Source: a virus
Lineage: Duplodnaviria > Caudoviricetes
Length of the DNA stretch: 33,393 bases
Reading direction: 5' to 3' (one strand)
Virus record (IMG/VR): IMGVR_UViG_3300025639_000012
Coordinates: 1-33,393 of that record
Below are positions 6,058-16,226 of this stretch, in pieces. Every line of letters begins with the position of its first letter. Within the stretch, counting starts at the first letter, position 1. A model generated the notes under the pieces. The model was given only the letters and a program-made list of their open reading frames with translations. It was not told the DNA's origin and searched no databases. A program made the position numbers and the translations under genes.

Positions 6058-8586
6058 TCATAATGTGGGTGTTGCTTGACCCGGCCCCCAAAAATGCTTT
6101 TGGTGGTAGGCTTTCTCGCGTCTTCGTTTCCGGTTAATCATTTTCTTCCTTTCTTTCGGGTTAACCTTAATCTGAGCCTGTTCAAAGACACGCTCCCAAA
6201 TGACTCTGGTCTGCCAAAGTGATGAGGCTATCGGGGTGTTATTCTTCACTAGATTTATAGTATCGGAAGCCACTTGGCCGTACTCACCATCGAGCAAGTT
6301 AGAAACAGTTGACTGCCCAAATCCAATAAATTCACTCGCCTTGCCCACTGCTGGACCGGCCACAGTTACTTCTAGGCCGCCACCAAAACGATTCTGGTCT
6401 GAGAAAAAGAAATCGCCAAAGATACCCACCCCACCACCTTGCATAAATGATGCTAGTGCAAACTCTTTGCTGCCCATCTCTCTCGGTGTTCTGCCCCGGC
6501 TAATGTCTTTAGCTTGTAGCGCCAATGCTCCGAGTGCGGTTGTTGCTGCAACCATTGTTCCGGCATACGCTAATCTGCCGCCTTTAGCGATTCGCATCGA
6601 GCGACCCATGTGCGTAAGCATCAAAGTCACCGGAAAGGATTTGAACATGGTTAATGTCCTGGCTGTTTCACCTGACTTAGTGCCAGCACCTTGCCCACCT
6701 GTTAAGACGGCTCTAGTTCTTGCATCCGGTGTAGGTACAGCGAAATCACGCTCAGTGAGGACCATCGCTTGAAACTTGTCGATCAGTGCATTTTGCTCCC
6801 GGATACTTTCTTCAAGGGCGGCCACTTCTTCATTCAGTTTCTTCCGCGCCTTTTTATCTAGGTCTTTATCGAACAAACGTTGCTGCATTTCTTCTAAGCC
6901 ATCAGACAATGGGTTGTTGCGTAACCGGTTAGGGTCAAAATAATCAACCGTGACCTTACTGCCACGAATGAACTGAACATCTGAATTGCTAACCTTATGG
7001 GTCGGCAAGTGACGCATCAATTCCCAATCCTCCGGGGTGATACCGTACTCTTTGAATGTGAGTTTTAAGCCGTTATCGAGTCGATCCCATCGCTGCCCTA
7101 CGGCTGCACCAATCGCACCCATGAACTCTAGGTTAAAGGTGTTCTGCTGCATATCCGTCCAAGCGTTAAGGCCCGACAGTTTAAAGGTGAAATCTGCCCA
7201 CTTCGCTGACATTTCATTAGACTTACCAGCAATATCAGTGAATCGGTTGCCACCCATTGCCATGTTGGACCAAGCACCTTGAGTTAAGCCTAGCCGCAAT
7301 GCTAATTTCTTCTTCTCAATAGCTGTTTTGCCACCAGCTAGGAATGATGAAACAACCCCCTCGGCTGATGTCTTTGCACCTTTGACAAACCCCATGTGTC
7401 GTGCTGCGGTCATCGCTTGAAAAGCAATATCAGAGAGTGCTGATAACTGCGCTCCACCCAACATAATTGAACTGAGATAGTTGCGTGTTGATCGCATAGT
7501 ATTGGCTGCTCTTTCACTGCCGGATACTTGGCTGCCGCTAACAATACGGAACACTTCATCTAGCGTACCAGTACCATGCTTGCGCTCACCTTTATTTACA
7601 ATCTCGTCTTGCTGCACCAGGTACTTGAGTTGTTCGTAACTGTTTGCCGGATTGCTGCCAAACACTTCCATCAACGCAATCTCTTGCGACATTCCGTCAA
7701 TATGGTCGTTAATCGTTAATAGAATATCTTTCTCACCGAATCGGTTGTTGTACTCAATCCAATCCTCCGGTGATTTAAAATGTAGACTCCGATGCTCTTG
7801 GTGTCGGTTGCCTAACTTACTGCTATTTCCTGAGTTCTTGGTTTTGTTGAATCCATCCGTCTTAACCGTCAGATAGGTTTCATCTAAAAAAGCCTCCGGG
7901 TTATCTAGCGTTTTACCGTTGAACTCTAGTTGATCGTCTTGCATCCGTTCCCAATCTAGCTTATCCCGGATAAAATCTTTCCACGCATCCGGCCCAGCCT
8001 TGCGGATCAGTTCAGAATGATGGGATTGCGGTAACGCCCAATCGTCCAGTTTGCTAATCTTGCCACCGGCTAGGTTAAACCGTCTGCGGAGTTCTTCAAA
8101 CGCACCGGCTAGTGCTGTTGCATTGCTCTTGCTAGATACTGCTCTCGTTCCGTCAAACTTGGATTCACCACCCAATAGAACGCGCACCATATCTTCCAAA
8201 CCCTCTTTATCCTGTTTCCAGATCGGAATGTAACCTTTCGACTTCAAACGATAGTCATCAAAGAAATCGTATAGGTCTTTAGTCACAGCCCCTTTGATGG
8301 CCTCGCCTAAGTTCTCAACATTCTGGAACCCTGCACTATCCCCTATGCGCTTGACCATCAAGGACATTAACGCCTCTCTAGCCGGTATATTCTTTTCATT
8401 AGCGAACAGTTTGGTTTTTAGTTCATCGTAGAGGTGTGCATCTTTGGTGGTCGTTTTGCGCTTATAGTCGATGTTAGCCTTAATATCGGCCATCATTGCA
8501 GCCGTGTCACCATCATGCTGCTTGCTGAGTATTTCAAACTGCTCTAACTGTGCCGGAGTGAGTGGCTTAGTACACTTATTGGCCAT
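6058..8586 (-). CDS. Large internal virion (DNA ejection) protein
   Basis: 842 aa, last gene before fibre; LPQSH, R.LHFKS.EDW.EYN.RFG, FKSFP, GGG.GIFGDF motifs of BPP-1/epsilon15-like ejection proteins. Confidence 0.75.
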   Translation of the reverse strand: MANKCTKPLTPAQLEQFEILSKQHDGDTAAMMADIKANIDYKRKTTTKDAHLYDELKTKLFANEKNIPAREALMSLMVKRIGDSAGFQNVENLGEAIKGAVTKDLYDFFDDYRLKSKGYIPIWKQDKEGLEDMVRVLLGGESKFDGTRAVSSKSNATALAGAFEELRRRFNLAGGKISKLDDWALPQSHHSELIRKAGPDAWKDFIRDKLDWERMQDDQLEFNGKTLDNPEAFLDETYLTVKTDGFNKTKNSGNSSKLGNRHQEHRSLHFKSPEDWIEYNNRFGEKDILLTINDHIDGMSQEIALMEVFGSNPANSYEQLKYLVQQDEIVNKGERKHGTGTLDEVFRIVSGSQVSGSERAANTMRSTRNYLSSIMLGGAQLSALSDIAFQAMTAARHMGFVKGAKTSAEGVVSSFLAGGKTAIEKKKLALRLGLTQGAWSNMAMGGNRFTDIAGKSNEMSAKWADFTFKLSGLNAWTDMQQNTFNLEFMGAIGAAVGQRWDRLDNGLKLTFKEYGITPEDWELMRHLPTHKVSNSDVQFIRGSKVTVDYFDPNRLRNNPLSDGLEEMQQRLFDKDLDKKARKKLNEEVAALEESIREQNALIDKFQAMVLTERDFAVPTPDARTRAVLTGGQGAGTKSGETARTLTMFKSFPVTLMLTHMGRSMRIAKGGRLAYAGTMVAATTALGALALQAKDISRGRTPREMGSKEFALASFMQGGGVGIFGDFFFSDQNRFGGGLEVTVAGPAVGKASEFIGFGQSTVSNLLDGEYGQVASDTINLVKNNTPIASSLWQTRVIWERVFEQAQIKVNPKERKKMINRKRRREKAYHQKHFWGPGQATPTL

Positions 8587-10873
8587 CAGCTAACCCCACC
8601 ATACAAGTTTCAAAATCTTTCCAAATCTGTTCCTCTGCATCAAATTCTTCCATCACTTCTGCATAACTGCGAACCGTTGCTGTGACCTCACTACCCTCTA
8701 GGGTTGGAGCGCCAGGTACTTCTAAATCTGCGTTGTATTTACTGGGTGACTCCCCTACTCCACTACCGTGTGCCTCGCTCCATATATCGGTGATGCTTGT
8801 GCCTTTTTCTTTGGCATACAGGTCGGCCAGTTCGTCCATGTTCCCTTGAATCTGCTGAACAGTTCCTTTTATTGGCTGATTATTTCTTTGTGCTGAAACA
8901 TAACGATTATGACCATCATCTAAAATATATTTATCTTTTTTGAAGTCGTATATGAAATCAACTGGTGGTGCAGTGTCGGGGTCGTAGTTCTTTTTCGCTG
9001 TATCTAGTGCGCGATCGTAATCATCATGCCATTTAATCTCAACCTTTTCTGTAGGGATGGTTACGATTGAATCTCGCTGAACGCCTTTTAAGTCTTTTAG
9101 TATTTCATCGAAACCTAGAGCCTTAAACTCCTCGGCACTGTCCTTGTACTTCTTGGCTTCTTGGATGAGTGGAGATACATCAACAGGTTCTTTGGGTGCT
9201 GCACCCATATCAACCAGTGATTCACCATTACGCTCAAGGGCAGTAATGTTTTTCTCATCGAACACTACATAGTTGCGAGTGCCTTTACCGTCTGCGCGTG
9301 AAACCCCATCAAGGTATTTAATGCCTGATATTCCGAGTGAATTGAGGTATTCGGATGCTGCTTGCTGTGAGTCTTTTTGTGATACTCCTTTAGAAGCCAT
9401 CAGATCACTTACCCCAACGTCATACAGCCAGTTACCTTTCACATCGGATTCCCCATACGAATCTATTGCCGTTGATATTCTGTTTTTAAGGGTGTTGTCT
9501 GATTTCGATATAGCCGCCCTAACATACTCACTCTGCTCACTCATCGGAGCATCCCAATCCAGCATTTTGTCGATGTTCTCATCAGAGATTTGTAGCTTGT
9601 AGAGGTGGCCCGGATTCCTTGAAATAGACTTACCGTGTATCTGCTCAAGTTCATCTATGTATTTGTGCAGCCATGTCTGCATATCAGGGGTAGAATCGCC
9701 TAAACTCGACTTGAAAAGATGAATTTGTTTTTGCACAAAATCATCACCTTTCATTTTATCAAGTAACGCAGCACCCAATGGATCGTCAGAATTTGGCACA
9801 AAATCCAACTCTTTTCCATCTATAGAAATTTGCCCAGACAAATCATCCCTATAAGTCTTTGCAATACCAGGTGTTTCAGTCGTATAAAACCCATGCCCAT
9901 ACGCTTGCGCTCCCTCACCGGTTCCCATAAAGGACAGATCAGGTTGCTCAAATTCATGTGGTGAACCATGCCAAACTGTTTTATAGGTTAAGACCTTTTG
10001 CAGTGCTTCATCTTCAGCCTGGAGTAGTTCATCTACATCAACACCGTGGGCATTAGCCTCGTCAATCTTCTTGGCTCGTTTCTCTAGTATCTGAGCCTCA
10101 CCCTCTAAACCATTCTCACGCGCTACTTTCGCAGCATGAGTCCAACCCAAAGCATCCCCGATAGCGTAACCCACACCGGACAATAAGCCTGTGCCGGTCA
10201 TCACCATTAAAGTTTCTTCGGCTGCATCCCAAACTGACCAAGGTGATTCAATCTTTTCTTTCCATTGATACCGTGAAACCGATACCGGTACTTCTGCAAC
10301 TCCGGCAATCGCTCCCTCTTTAGCACCGACCTGTACCGCACGACCTAATGCTGTTTTAGCCGTAGTCGGACCAGCACCAAAAGGCAACGAATACATAAAT
10401 AAGGGGTCTTTAACGTGAGCGCCCATTGTGCCTAAGAAAGTACCTACTGTACCCATCACACCGGCACGGTCATAAACGTCCTGTGAGCGTTCTCGTAAAG
10501 CCTTTAACTCCGGCTTTTTGTCGGCAATCATCTGCTCATACGTTCTGAGCCGGGTATCATCAGGGTGTTGTTGTCTGAGTTTAATAATCAGGTCTTGTTC
10601 AGCACCGAGGTCGCGCAGATCAAGGTCAAATCCAGCCACCGAATTACCATAGTCGGATAAGGTGTCGAATCGTGCTTGCCCGGTATATTCGTACAGTGCG
10701 GTGTAGGCATTATTAACGTCCTCCATCATCGTGATAGATTCTGAGTTACCTAAGTTCTCCGCTTGCTCATGGTCATAGGACGCACTGAAGTTTTCCATGA
10801 AGCCGGTATCTTCACCCAGTTCTTTCTCTGAGTCGTAATCAAGGTTTAGCGATGATGGGGCGTACCAATTCAT
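8576..10873 (-). CDS. Internal virion protein with inserted ART-PolyVal-like and ParB/Srx-like domains
   Basis: Position in ejection cluster; VWHGSPH..F...GTGEGAQAYGHGFY...G.SGIKY.D...NYVVFD; YILDDGHNRY. Confidence 0.72.
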   Translation of the reverse strand: MNWYAPSSLNLDYDSEKELGEDTGFMENFSASYDHEQAENLGNSESITMMEDVNNAYTALYEYTGQARFDTLSDYGNSVAGFDLDLRDLGAEQDLIIKLRQQHPDDTRLRTYEQMIADKKPELKALRERSQDVYDRAGVMGTVGTFLGTMGAHVKDPLFMYSLPFGAGPTTAKTALGRAVQVGAKEGAIAGVAEVPVSVSRYQWKEKIESPWSVWDAAEETLMVMTGTGLLSGVGYAIGDALGWTHAAKVARENGLEGEAQILEKRAKKIDEANAHGVDVDELLQAEDEALQKVLTYKTVWHGSPHEFEQPDLSFMGTGEGAQAYGHGFYTTETPGIAKTYRDDLSGQISIDGKELDFVPNSDDPLGAALLDKMKGDDFVQKQIHLFKSSLGDSTPDMQTWLHKYIDELEQIHGKSISRNPGHLYKLQISDENIDKMLDWDAPMSEQSEYVRAAISKSDNTLKNRISTAIDSYGESDVKGNWLYDVGVSDLMASKGVSQKDSQQAASEYLNSLGISGIKYLDGVSRADGKGTRNYVVFDEKNITALERNGESLVDMGAAPKEPVDVSPLIQEAKKYKDSAEEFKALGFDEILKDLKGVQRDSIVTIPTEKVEIKWHDDYDRALDTAKKNYDPDTAPPVDFIYDFKKDKYILDDGHNRYVSAQRNNQPIKGTVQQIQGNMDELADLYAKEKGTSITDIWSEAHGSGVGESPSKYNADLEVPGAPTLEGSEVTATVRSYAEVMEEFDAEEQIWKDFETCMVGLADGQ

Positions 10874-12969
10874 TTATTAGCATCCAGTATAAATGGGCCA
10901 TCTCGGTCACTATTCTTAACTGTTAGCATCGCAGACCCATCCCTGTTTAGAAATTGGATGATGTACTTGCCATAATCAACAGCCACCAGCAGACCGTCCT
11001 CAATCAATTCTTTTTTCCTATTGGGAGGTAGATTAGGGTCCATTTGTGAAAGTATGGATTCTGATGGGTTCTCGCGCCATTTCTCAAACGCACCAGCATC
11101 TTTACCTCTAGGCAATAGTGTCTGATAGTCTTGGCTATTCCATAACCCACTAGGGTCATATTCCCCATTGTATACGCCACCAGTAACCTGAGTGATCGCA
11201 TCATTCAATTCATTAGTGGGCAAGTCTATATCTGCATCGGTAATAGGTGGTTTCTGCGCTAACCGTTCCATCAGCAATGCTTGAACAGCTTGCCGACTAG
11301 ATTGAGCAAGTTTGTGATTACTGCCAAAAGCACTACCTATAGCCGTTGCAATCACATTTTCTAAGTTCTTGACTGTCTTGCTTGACTTCATAATAGTCAT
11401 GCCACGCAATACCTTGTGCGAGGTTTCTCTGCCCACATTTGTCCGCGCCAAATCTCCGATGACAGCATAAACACCACCCACCGACTTATCTGCAATTTGC
11501 CCCCAAACCTCCATTGATTTGTCACCGAACATCAGATTAACCGCAACCACCTTATCCACTACCTTTGTGATGCTGTTGTTTCCCATGAGCATATCAAGTT
11601 CTCGCTCAATCTCACCCGACTCGCTGGGCGTTAATAATTGAACAGGTCGGTTCAGTGCTTGTTCGTATTGCGCGACTTTCTGCAAACGACTATCAATGGC
11701 ATCGGGGTCGGGATTAACCGGGTCTATGGGTTGAAACTCTCGCCCAAAGAAATTATCAAGGAATTGCACCCCTTTATCTTTCAACTCAGAGTCAAAGTTA
11801 TCCGCAGCCTTGCTATAGATTTCTTTTTCTTCTAATTTGAGTGTTTCTAATATCTTAGATCGCTCACCCACCGAGTGCTGTAAGAACTCATTAATAGCCT
11901 TACCTCTGCGAGTCGCATCAATGAACTCTTGTTGCTTTACTGGATCAAGGTACGGAATGTTGTCAATCGCTGTCTTGCTGTCTTCTTCTGTAACTGGGAT
12001 GCCGTTATTCAGTGATGTGACCACTGATTTAACCTGGTTCTTAGCCTGTGATATTTGTACCTTTGAGGCGCTTGCAGTCAGTTTTGCCTCTGCATTTCTT
12101 AGTCGGACCTCTTTGTAATAGGCCGTTTCTAACTTCGCTTGCATCTCAAGGCGCGACATCCCCAAATCTTCAGCCGAAACATCGGATTCCATGAAGTTGT
12201 CGATCATTTCCTTGCCTTTCTCAAGGCCACCCTCAGATTGTAGGGTTGTGTTAAACGCCCCTAAGAACTGATGACTCGCATCCTCACGGTCTAACTTAGC
12301 AGCAAACTTAATAGCATCTGCCTCAGTCAATAAACCATTCTCTTGTGCTAGACCCAAGTCACCGAGCAAACTTTGTTTTAACGCAGCAGCCGCATCATCA
12401 TCGCCCCGATAAGAGGCATCTAATAATTCAGTTAAACGTACATCCAACCCCTCTGTAACGGTGGCAACATTGGCATCAAAGTCTGCTTTCTGTTTCCCGG
12501 CTAACGCTCTGCCGATGTCATTCTTGTAATAGGCTTGATGAACAGACTGCCATGCGTTGAATAGTTGAGGGTCTAAGGTTTCTTTCATCCCTTTGGACCA
12601 TCCTTTGTACGCATTGGCCATGCCATCAGGGTCGTTCTTGTATTCTTCACGCAACTCCGTAGAGCGCTTAATGATGTCCACTTCACTACTGCTTTTATAA
12701 GCCGCAACCGCAGCCTTATCATAAGCGTTGTCGTAGGCAGTCCATCCGTTTTTCAATTCGGGTTTACCTGTTTGACCGGCTAACATTCCGGCAATATTGG
12801 CCTCTTTCTTAACATTGGCCTCAAGATGCTGAAAGGCAACCTTGCTCACCTGGTTAGCGACTTGACCCACTTGTTGCCATGAGTTGTACACTTGAGCATG
12901 GGCGCGACTCTGATGGTCAGGCGCTTGCTTGAAATTCAGTACGGTCTTTTTTTGGTATCTTTCAGCCAT
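10870..12969 (-). CDS. Internal virion (ejection) protein
   Basis: 699-aa helical protein in T7 gp15-equivalent position; call by synteny only. Confidence 0.65.
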   Translation of the reverse strand: MAERYQKKTVLNFKQAPDHQSRAHAQVYNSWQQVGQVANQVSKVAFQHLEANVKKEANIAGMLAGQTGKPELKNGWTAYDNAYDKAAVAAYKSSSEVDIIKRSTELREEYKNDPDGMANAYKGWSKGMKETLDPQLFNAWQSVHQAYYKNDIGRALAGKQKADFDANVATVTEGLDVRLTELLDASYRGDDDAAAALKQSLLGDLGLAQENGLLTEADAIKFAAKLDREDASHQFLGAFNTTLQSEGGLEKGKEMIDNFMESDVSAEDLGMSRLEMQAKLETAYYKEVRLRNAEAKLTASASKVQISQAKNQVKSVVTSLNNGIPVTEEDSKTAIDNIPYLDPVKQQEFIDATRRGKAINEFLQHSVGERSKILETLKLEEKEIYSKAADNFDSELKDKGVQFLDNFFGREFQPIDPVNPDPDAIDSRLQKVAQYEQALNRPVQLLTPSESGEIERELDMLMGNNSITKVVDKVVAVNLMFGDKSMEVWGQIADKSVGGVYAVIGDLARTNVGRETSHKVLRGMTIMKSSKTVKNLENVIATAIGSAFGSNHKLAQSSRQAVQALLMERLAQKPPITDADIDLPTNELNDAITQVTGGVYNGEYDPSGLWNSQDYQTLLPRGKDAGAFEKWRENPSESILSQMDPNLPPNRKKELIEDGLLVAVDYGKYIIQFLNRDGSAMLTVKNSDRDGPFILDANK

Positions 12970-12971
12970 TA

Positions 12972-13508
12972 TTATTTTCCAAATACTTGGTTATATGACG
13001 GAGAATTAACCGAGCGCACCGATGGACTAGATGTTTTTGCTCCGGTAGGCCCACCCAATGAAGCAGCCGATGTCAGGCCACTGGCCACCGTACCGGCAAC
13101 TTTAAATAAACTGGCTCTCTTAGCCGCCTTGCCACCGTACATGGCCCATTGGCCTTGTGATTTTAAGTTACCAACTGTAGATGCGGTGCTGCCCTTATCC
13201 ATGATGGAATCGTATTCGTAACTATTCACATCTGTTTTCAGCATATTTAAGGCTGAACCCTCGTAGGCTCTGATGCCTGATGCGGCTGATGCTGCATTTT
13301 GACTAGCCATTGCGGAGAGTAAGCGCTTACGTCTATCAATCTCACGCTCTTTGGCTGACATCTCCTCCTGTTCAGCCTGACGGTCTAACTGGTCTTGCTG
13401 TCCTTTAGCCTGTGCCTCGGCTGCTTCGCCTTGCGCGTATGCTGAATAGGCGCTAGTAGCCACACCAATTACAGCGACAGCAAGTATAGCCACATTCCAA
13501 AAAGTCAT
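12972..13508 (-). CDS. Small internal virion protein (gp14-like)
   Basis: Hydrophobic N-terminus, Ala/Gln-rich coiled coil, AASG...GS motif, Gly-rich C-terminus; synteny. Confidence 0.72.
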   Translation of the reverse strand: MTFWNVAILAVAVIGVATSAYSAYAQGEAAEAQAKGQQDQLDRQAEQEEMSAKEREIDRRKRLLSAMASQNAASAASGIRAYEGSALNMLKTDVNSYEYDSIMDKGSTASTVGNLKSQGQWAMYGGKAAKRASLFKVAGTVASGLTSAASLGGPTGAKTSSPSVRSVNSPSYNQVFGK

Positions 13509-13933
13509 AACTTACCCTCTATATTCTTTGTATGGGCCACTTCAGTGAGCGGACTAACCGGCTCAACTAACTCGTCCTCTATATCTTTGATCTCTGTTTT
13601 ATCTGTCGCATGAACTGCAACACAAATAGTATCTTCATACGCATAGGCCACTCGCTTGATGCCAGCCTTGCTCGATAAGATGGCTGGTGCTTTGATGCGT
13701 TTCACACCGTCATCAGTCATCACCTCTAAATCACCGGACATCACAAAAAATAAGTGATCCCCTTTGTGTACTTTGCCGGTAACAACTACCCCTTTAGGGA
13801 TTAATAATTCTCGCGCATACACGCCACCCGAAAGATAATGCACTGGGTCTAATGTGACTTGCTCATGCTTGGCCATCTCATTTTCAAGTGCGAGAATCTT
13901 GGCGCGTGATGGGTTACGGATAGCAGCCAGCAT
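13505..13933 (-). CDS. Cupin-fold protein
   Basis: H..SGGVYARELLIPKG..VTGKVHKGDH.FFVMSG...V...G.KRV.YA.EDT....VH pattern. Confidence 0.65.
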   Translation of the reverse strand: MLAAIRNPSRAKILALENEMAKHEQVTLDPVHYLSGGVYARELLIPKGVVVTGKVHKGDHLFFVMSGDLEVMTDDGVKRIKAPAILSSKAGIKRVAYAYEDTICVAVHATDKTEIKDIEDELVEPVSPLTEVAHTKNIEGKL

Positions 13934-15594
13934 TACGCTTCCATCTCCAAAGACACACCGAGCAATAACATCGGCACCGGGTCAGTCTGGGATATTTCAA
14001 TCTGTGCTAATTCTGACCATCCCATTTGATAGACATCTTTTAATCCGGTGTATGGTGTTGGCGTGTTGTTCAAAACATTAACTCCTAGCGCTCTATCCGG
14101 CAACAATGTGCCGTCAACGTGTAGACCTAATGACTCATAAACATCAAGCATTACCCGGATGATTCGTTTCTTACGCATTAACGTAGGACCATTCTGAAAG
14201 TCCATGTTCAATGGCATGGTTTTAAGCAGCGTATCGTAATCTAAGCCTACTTCTACGGCCTGTGCTGACCGTGACAGCGTGATATTGCCGGAGGTAGGTG
14301 TTGCATTAGACATCACTGCACCATCGGCTTTAACGCGACATTCTTCACCATTCAAATGCCCTAGTCCTGTGACTGTTGCACTGCCTGGTGTTGAGCGTTC
14401 ATTAGCATCGGTATAGCTATCGACATCAACCATCTCTAAGAATCGAACCACTGAGCCGTTAATCGTGCGCTTAGTGACAAAATAGACATCATCAACCACC
14501 ACGCATACCGCTTCAATATCGCCCGATGTTACCCATTGGGTCCACCCCGATACCTCCTGATTGCGGAGCATATTGAATACAGCCATTGTGCCGTTGTCGT
14601 TCACCAGGTAGAGATAGTTCGCATCATCTTTTGAAGTGCCGCGCGAAACATCCATATCAACCGGTGACGATAATAGATGACTAGCAAGCAACGATGTGCT
14701 TGTTGAGGTGTACGCATCTTCTGTGTAGGTGTAAATAAACTCACGAATTGATTTCCCAGTACGATCTAAGAATAGCGTTGAGCCATCGAGTGATTTAGGT
14801 CTAACTGAACTGCTACCAAATAACGATTGTCGCTTCACTGATGATTTCTCAGGGGTGATAATCGCATCAGGCATATAGAATTCACCCCCGGTGGTGAATA
14901 TCTGTAAGTGCCGACCAGCAAAGATACCGGTGATAGCGTTCACTTGGTCAGTATCTAGGGTGACATAAATGCTTTCATCATCCAGTGATGTGCCTAGATT
15001 GAAATTGTAAAAATCATTAGTGACGCTACCCCATAGTGATTGCGGTCTTTTCTTCGATCCACCGAGCCACATCCGGCCACCAAAAAAAGTGACAGACTTG
15101 GGCCATCCGTTGGAACTCGACCAGACATTGCCGCCATTGTACTGAGGAATGTTAGAGAGCGATATTGTGCTTAATGTCCATGAAGTGTGAGTTGACCCAC
15201 GCACCAACTTTCTTGGCTGATGATCCTCATGCACGATAATCATCGTGTCAGCAGATTGCGTCCAGTTCAACTCAAATAGCTGCGCTGTCGTATAACTGGT
15301 TGAAACTGTAGCCTGACTTACACCATCTTTGAATATCTCGATCTGATTGTTGGTGAAGACCATCAGATAAGTCTGTTCGGTATTGAAACTGAACGCGGCC
15401 ATCCGTGCTTCACCCGATAGTGTTGCTTTGTACCCCATGCCGGGTCTGCGCTTCACGCCCCCTTGTGGCATAGACAACACATTCTTAGCTATGGCTGCAC
15501 CTTGGTAGAACTGCTTTACATCGGTCCGAGCAGCTAGGCGCGGATCAAGTTCACCAGAGTTGAAGTTTGTTTGTAGGGTTATTGCGCGTGGCAT
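13933..15594 (-). CDS. Tail tubular protein B / nozzle (T7 gp12-like)
   Basis: QTNFNSGELDPRL..R.D...Y...N....QGGVKRRPG N-terminus; WP.SVTFF..R; GL.HL.GE; VEVGL.Y. Confidence 0.9.
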   Translation of the reverse strand: MPRAITLQTNFNSGELDPRLAARTDVKQFYQGAAIAKNVLSMPQGGVKRRPGMGYKATLSGEARMAAFSFNTEQTYLMVFTNNQIEIFKDGVSQATVSTSYTTAQLFELNWTQSADTMIIVHEDHQPRKLVRGSTHTSWTLSTISLSNIPQYNGGNVWSSSNGWPKSVTFFGGRMWLGGSKKRPQSLWGSVTNDFYNFNLGTSLDDESIYVTLDTDQVNAITGIFAGRHLQIFTTGGEFYMPDAIITPEKSSVKRQSLFGSSSVRPKSLDGSTLFLDRTGKSIREFIYTYTEDAYTSTSTSLLASHLLSSPVDMDVSRGTSKDDANYLYLVNDNGTMAVFNMLRNQEVSGWTQWVTSGDIEAVCVVVDDVYFVTKRTINGSVVRFLEMVDVDSYTDANERSTPGSATVTGLGHLNGEECRVKADGAVMSNATPTSGNITLSRSAQAVEVGLDYDTLLKTMPLNMDFQNGPTLMRKKRIIRVMLDVYESLGLHVDGTLLPDRALGVNVLNNTPTPYTGLKDVYQMGWSELAQIEISQTDPVPMLLLGVSLEMEA

Positions 15595-16146
15595 CTAAAG
15601 CCTCGCTGCCCAGAGTGGTGTACTGGCTATAGCGTCCGGTGGTCGTGATGACGCATCGGCAAACTTAGCTTGCCTGAGTTGGTTCTGAAACATCCCATCA
15701 TACAACTGACCTTTAGTCGAATTGTCGGTAACAGGAACAGCAAATTGTGAGGCTAGATAATACTCAACCAACTTAACGAAATAAGCCGGGAGTTCACTTT
15801 CTGCTGGTTTGTACACATAATCCAAATCCAATGTCTGTTGGTTTGAATATATTTTGTCCTCAAAAATCTCGTAGTCTGACTGCGGAATGACGCGATTAAT
15901 GAGCATATAATTGGCCGGTAATTGAAACGCATAATCCCATTCATTCAAAGGGGTTGCGGTCAACCGGGAAAGCGACACTTTACCACTAGCAAATCGCCAA
16001 CGGTGTAGAGTCAATAGATTTTCATACGAGGAATTATAAAGGTTTGAGGCTACCAATGCCCCAGCACCACCCTCGGTGAAACTTGAGATTGTGCCATGCC
16101 CGATTAAGAGCAGAGCGTTGGAACACATCGAAATACTTGTTGCCAT
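15595..16146 (-). CDS. Tail tubular protein A / adaptor (T7 gp11-like)
   Basis: CSNALLLIG...I.SF.E, H.WRFA, W.YAFQLP motifs; follows capsid. Confidence 0.88.
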   Translation of the reverse strand: MATSISMCSNALLLIGHGTISSFTEGGAGALVASNLYNSSYENLLTLHRWRFASGKVSLSRLTATPLNEWDYAFQLPANYMLINRVIPQSDYEIFEDKIYSNQQTLDLDYVYKPAESELPAYFVKLVEYYLASQFAVPVTDNSTKGQLYDGMFQNQLRQAKFADASSRPPDAIASTPLWAARL

Positions 16147-16152
16147 TTATTG

Positions 16153-16211
16153 TCCTTAAAGTGGACCAATCACCGCGTTGGAAGGAGCCAGCAGGGTCAC
16201 GGTGACGGTCC
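16153..16211 (-). promoter_or_regulatory. Long intergenic hairpin after capsid gene with CUCCUU loop complementary to the next RBS
   Basis: GGACC-GUCACCG...CGGUGAU-GGUCC stem (16163-16211); loop CUCCUU; AAGGA RBS at 16153-16157. Confidence 0.5.
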
Positions 16212-16226
16212 TCAAGGGTTAGCTAA

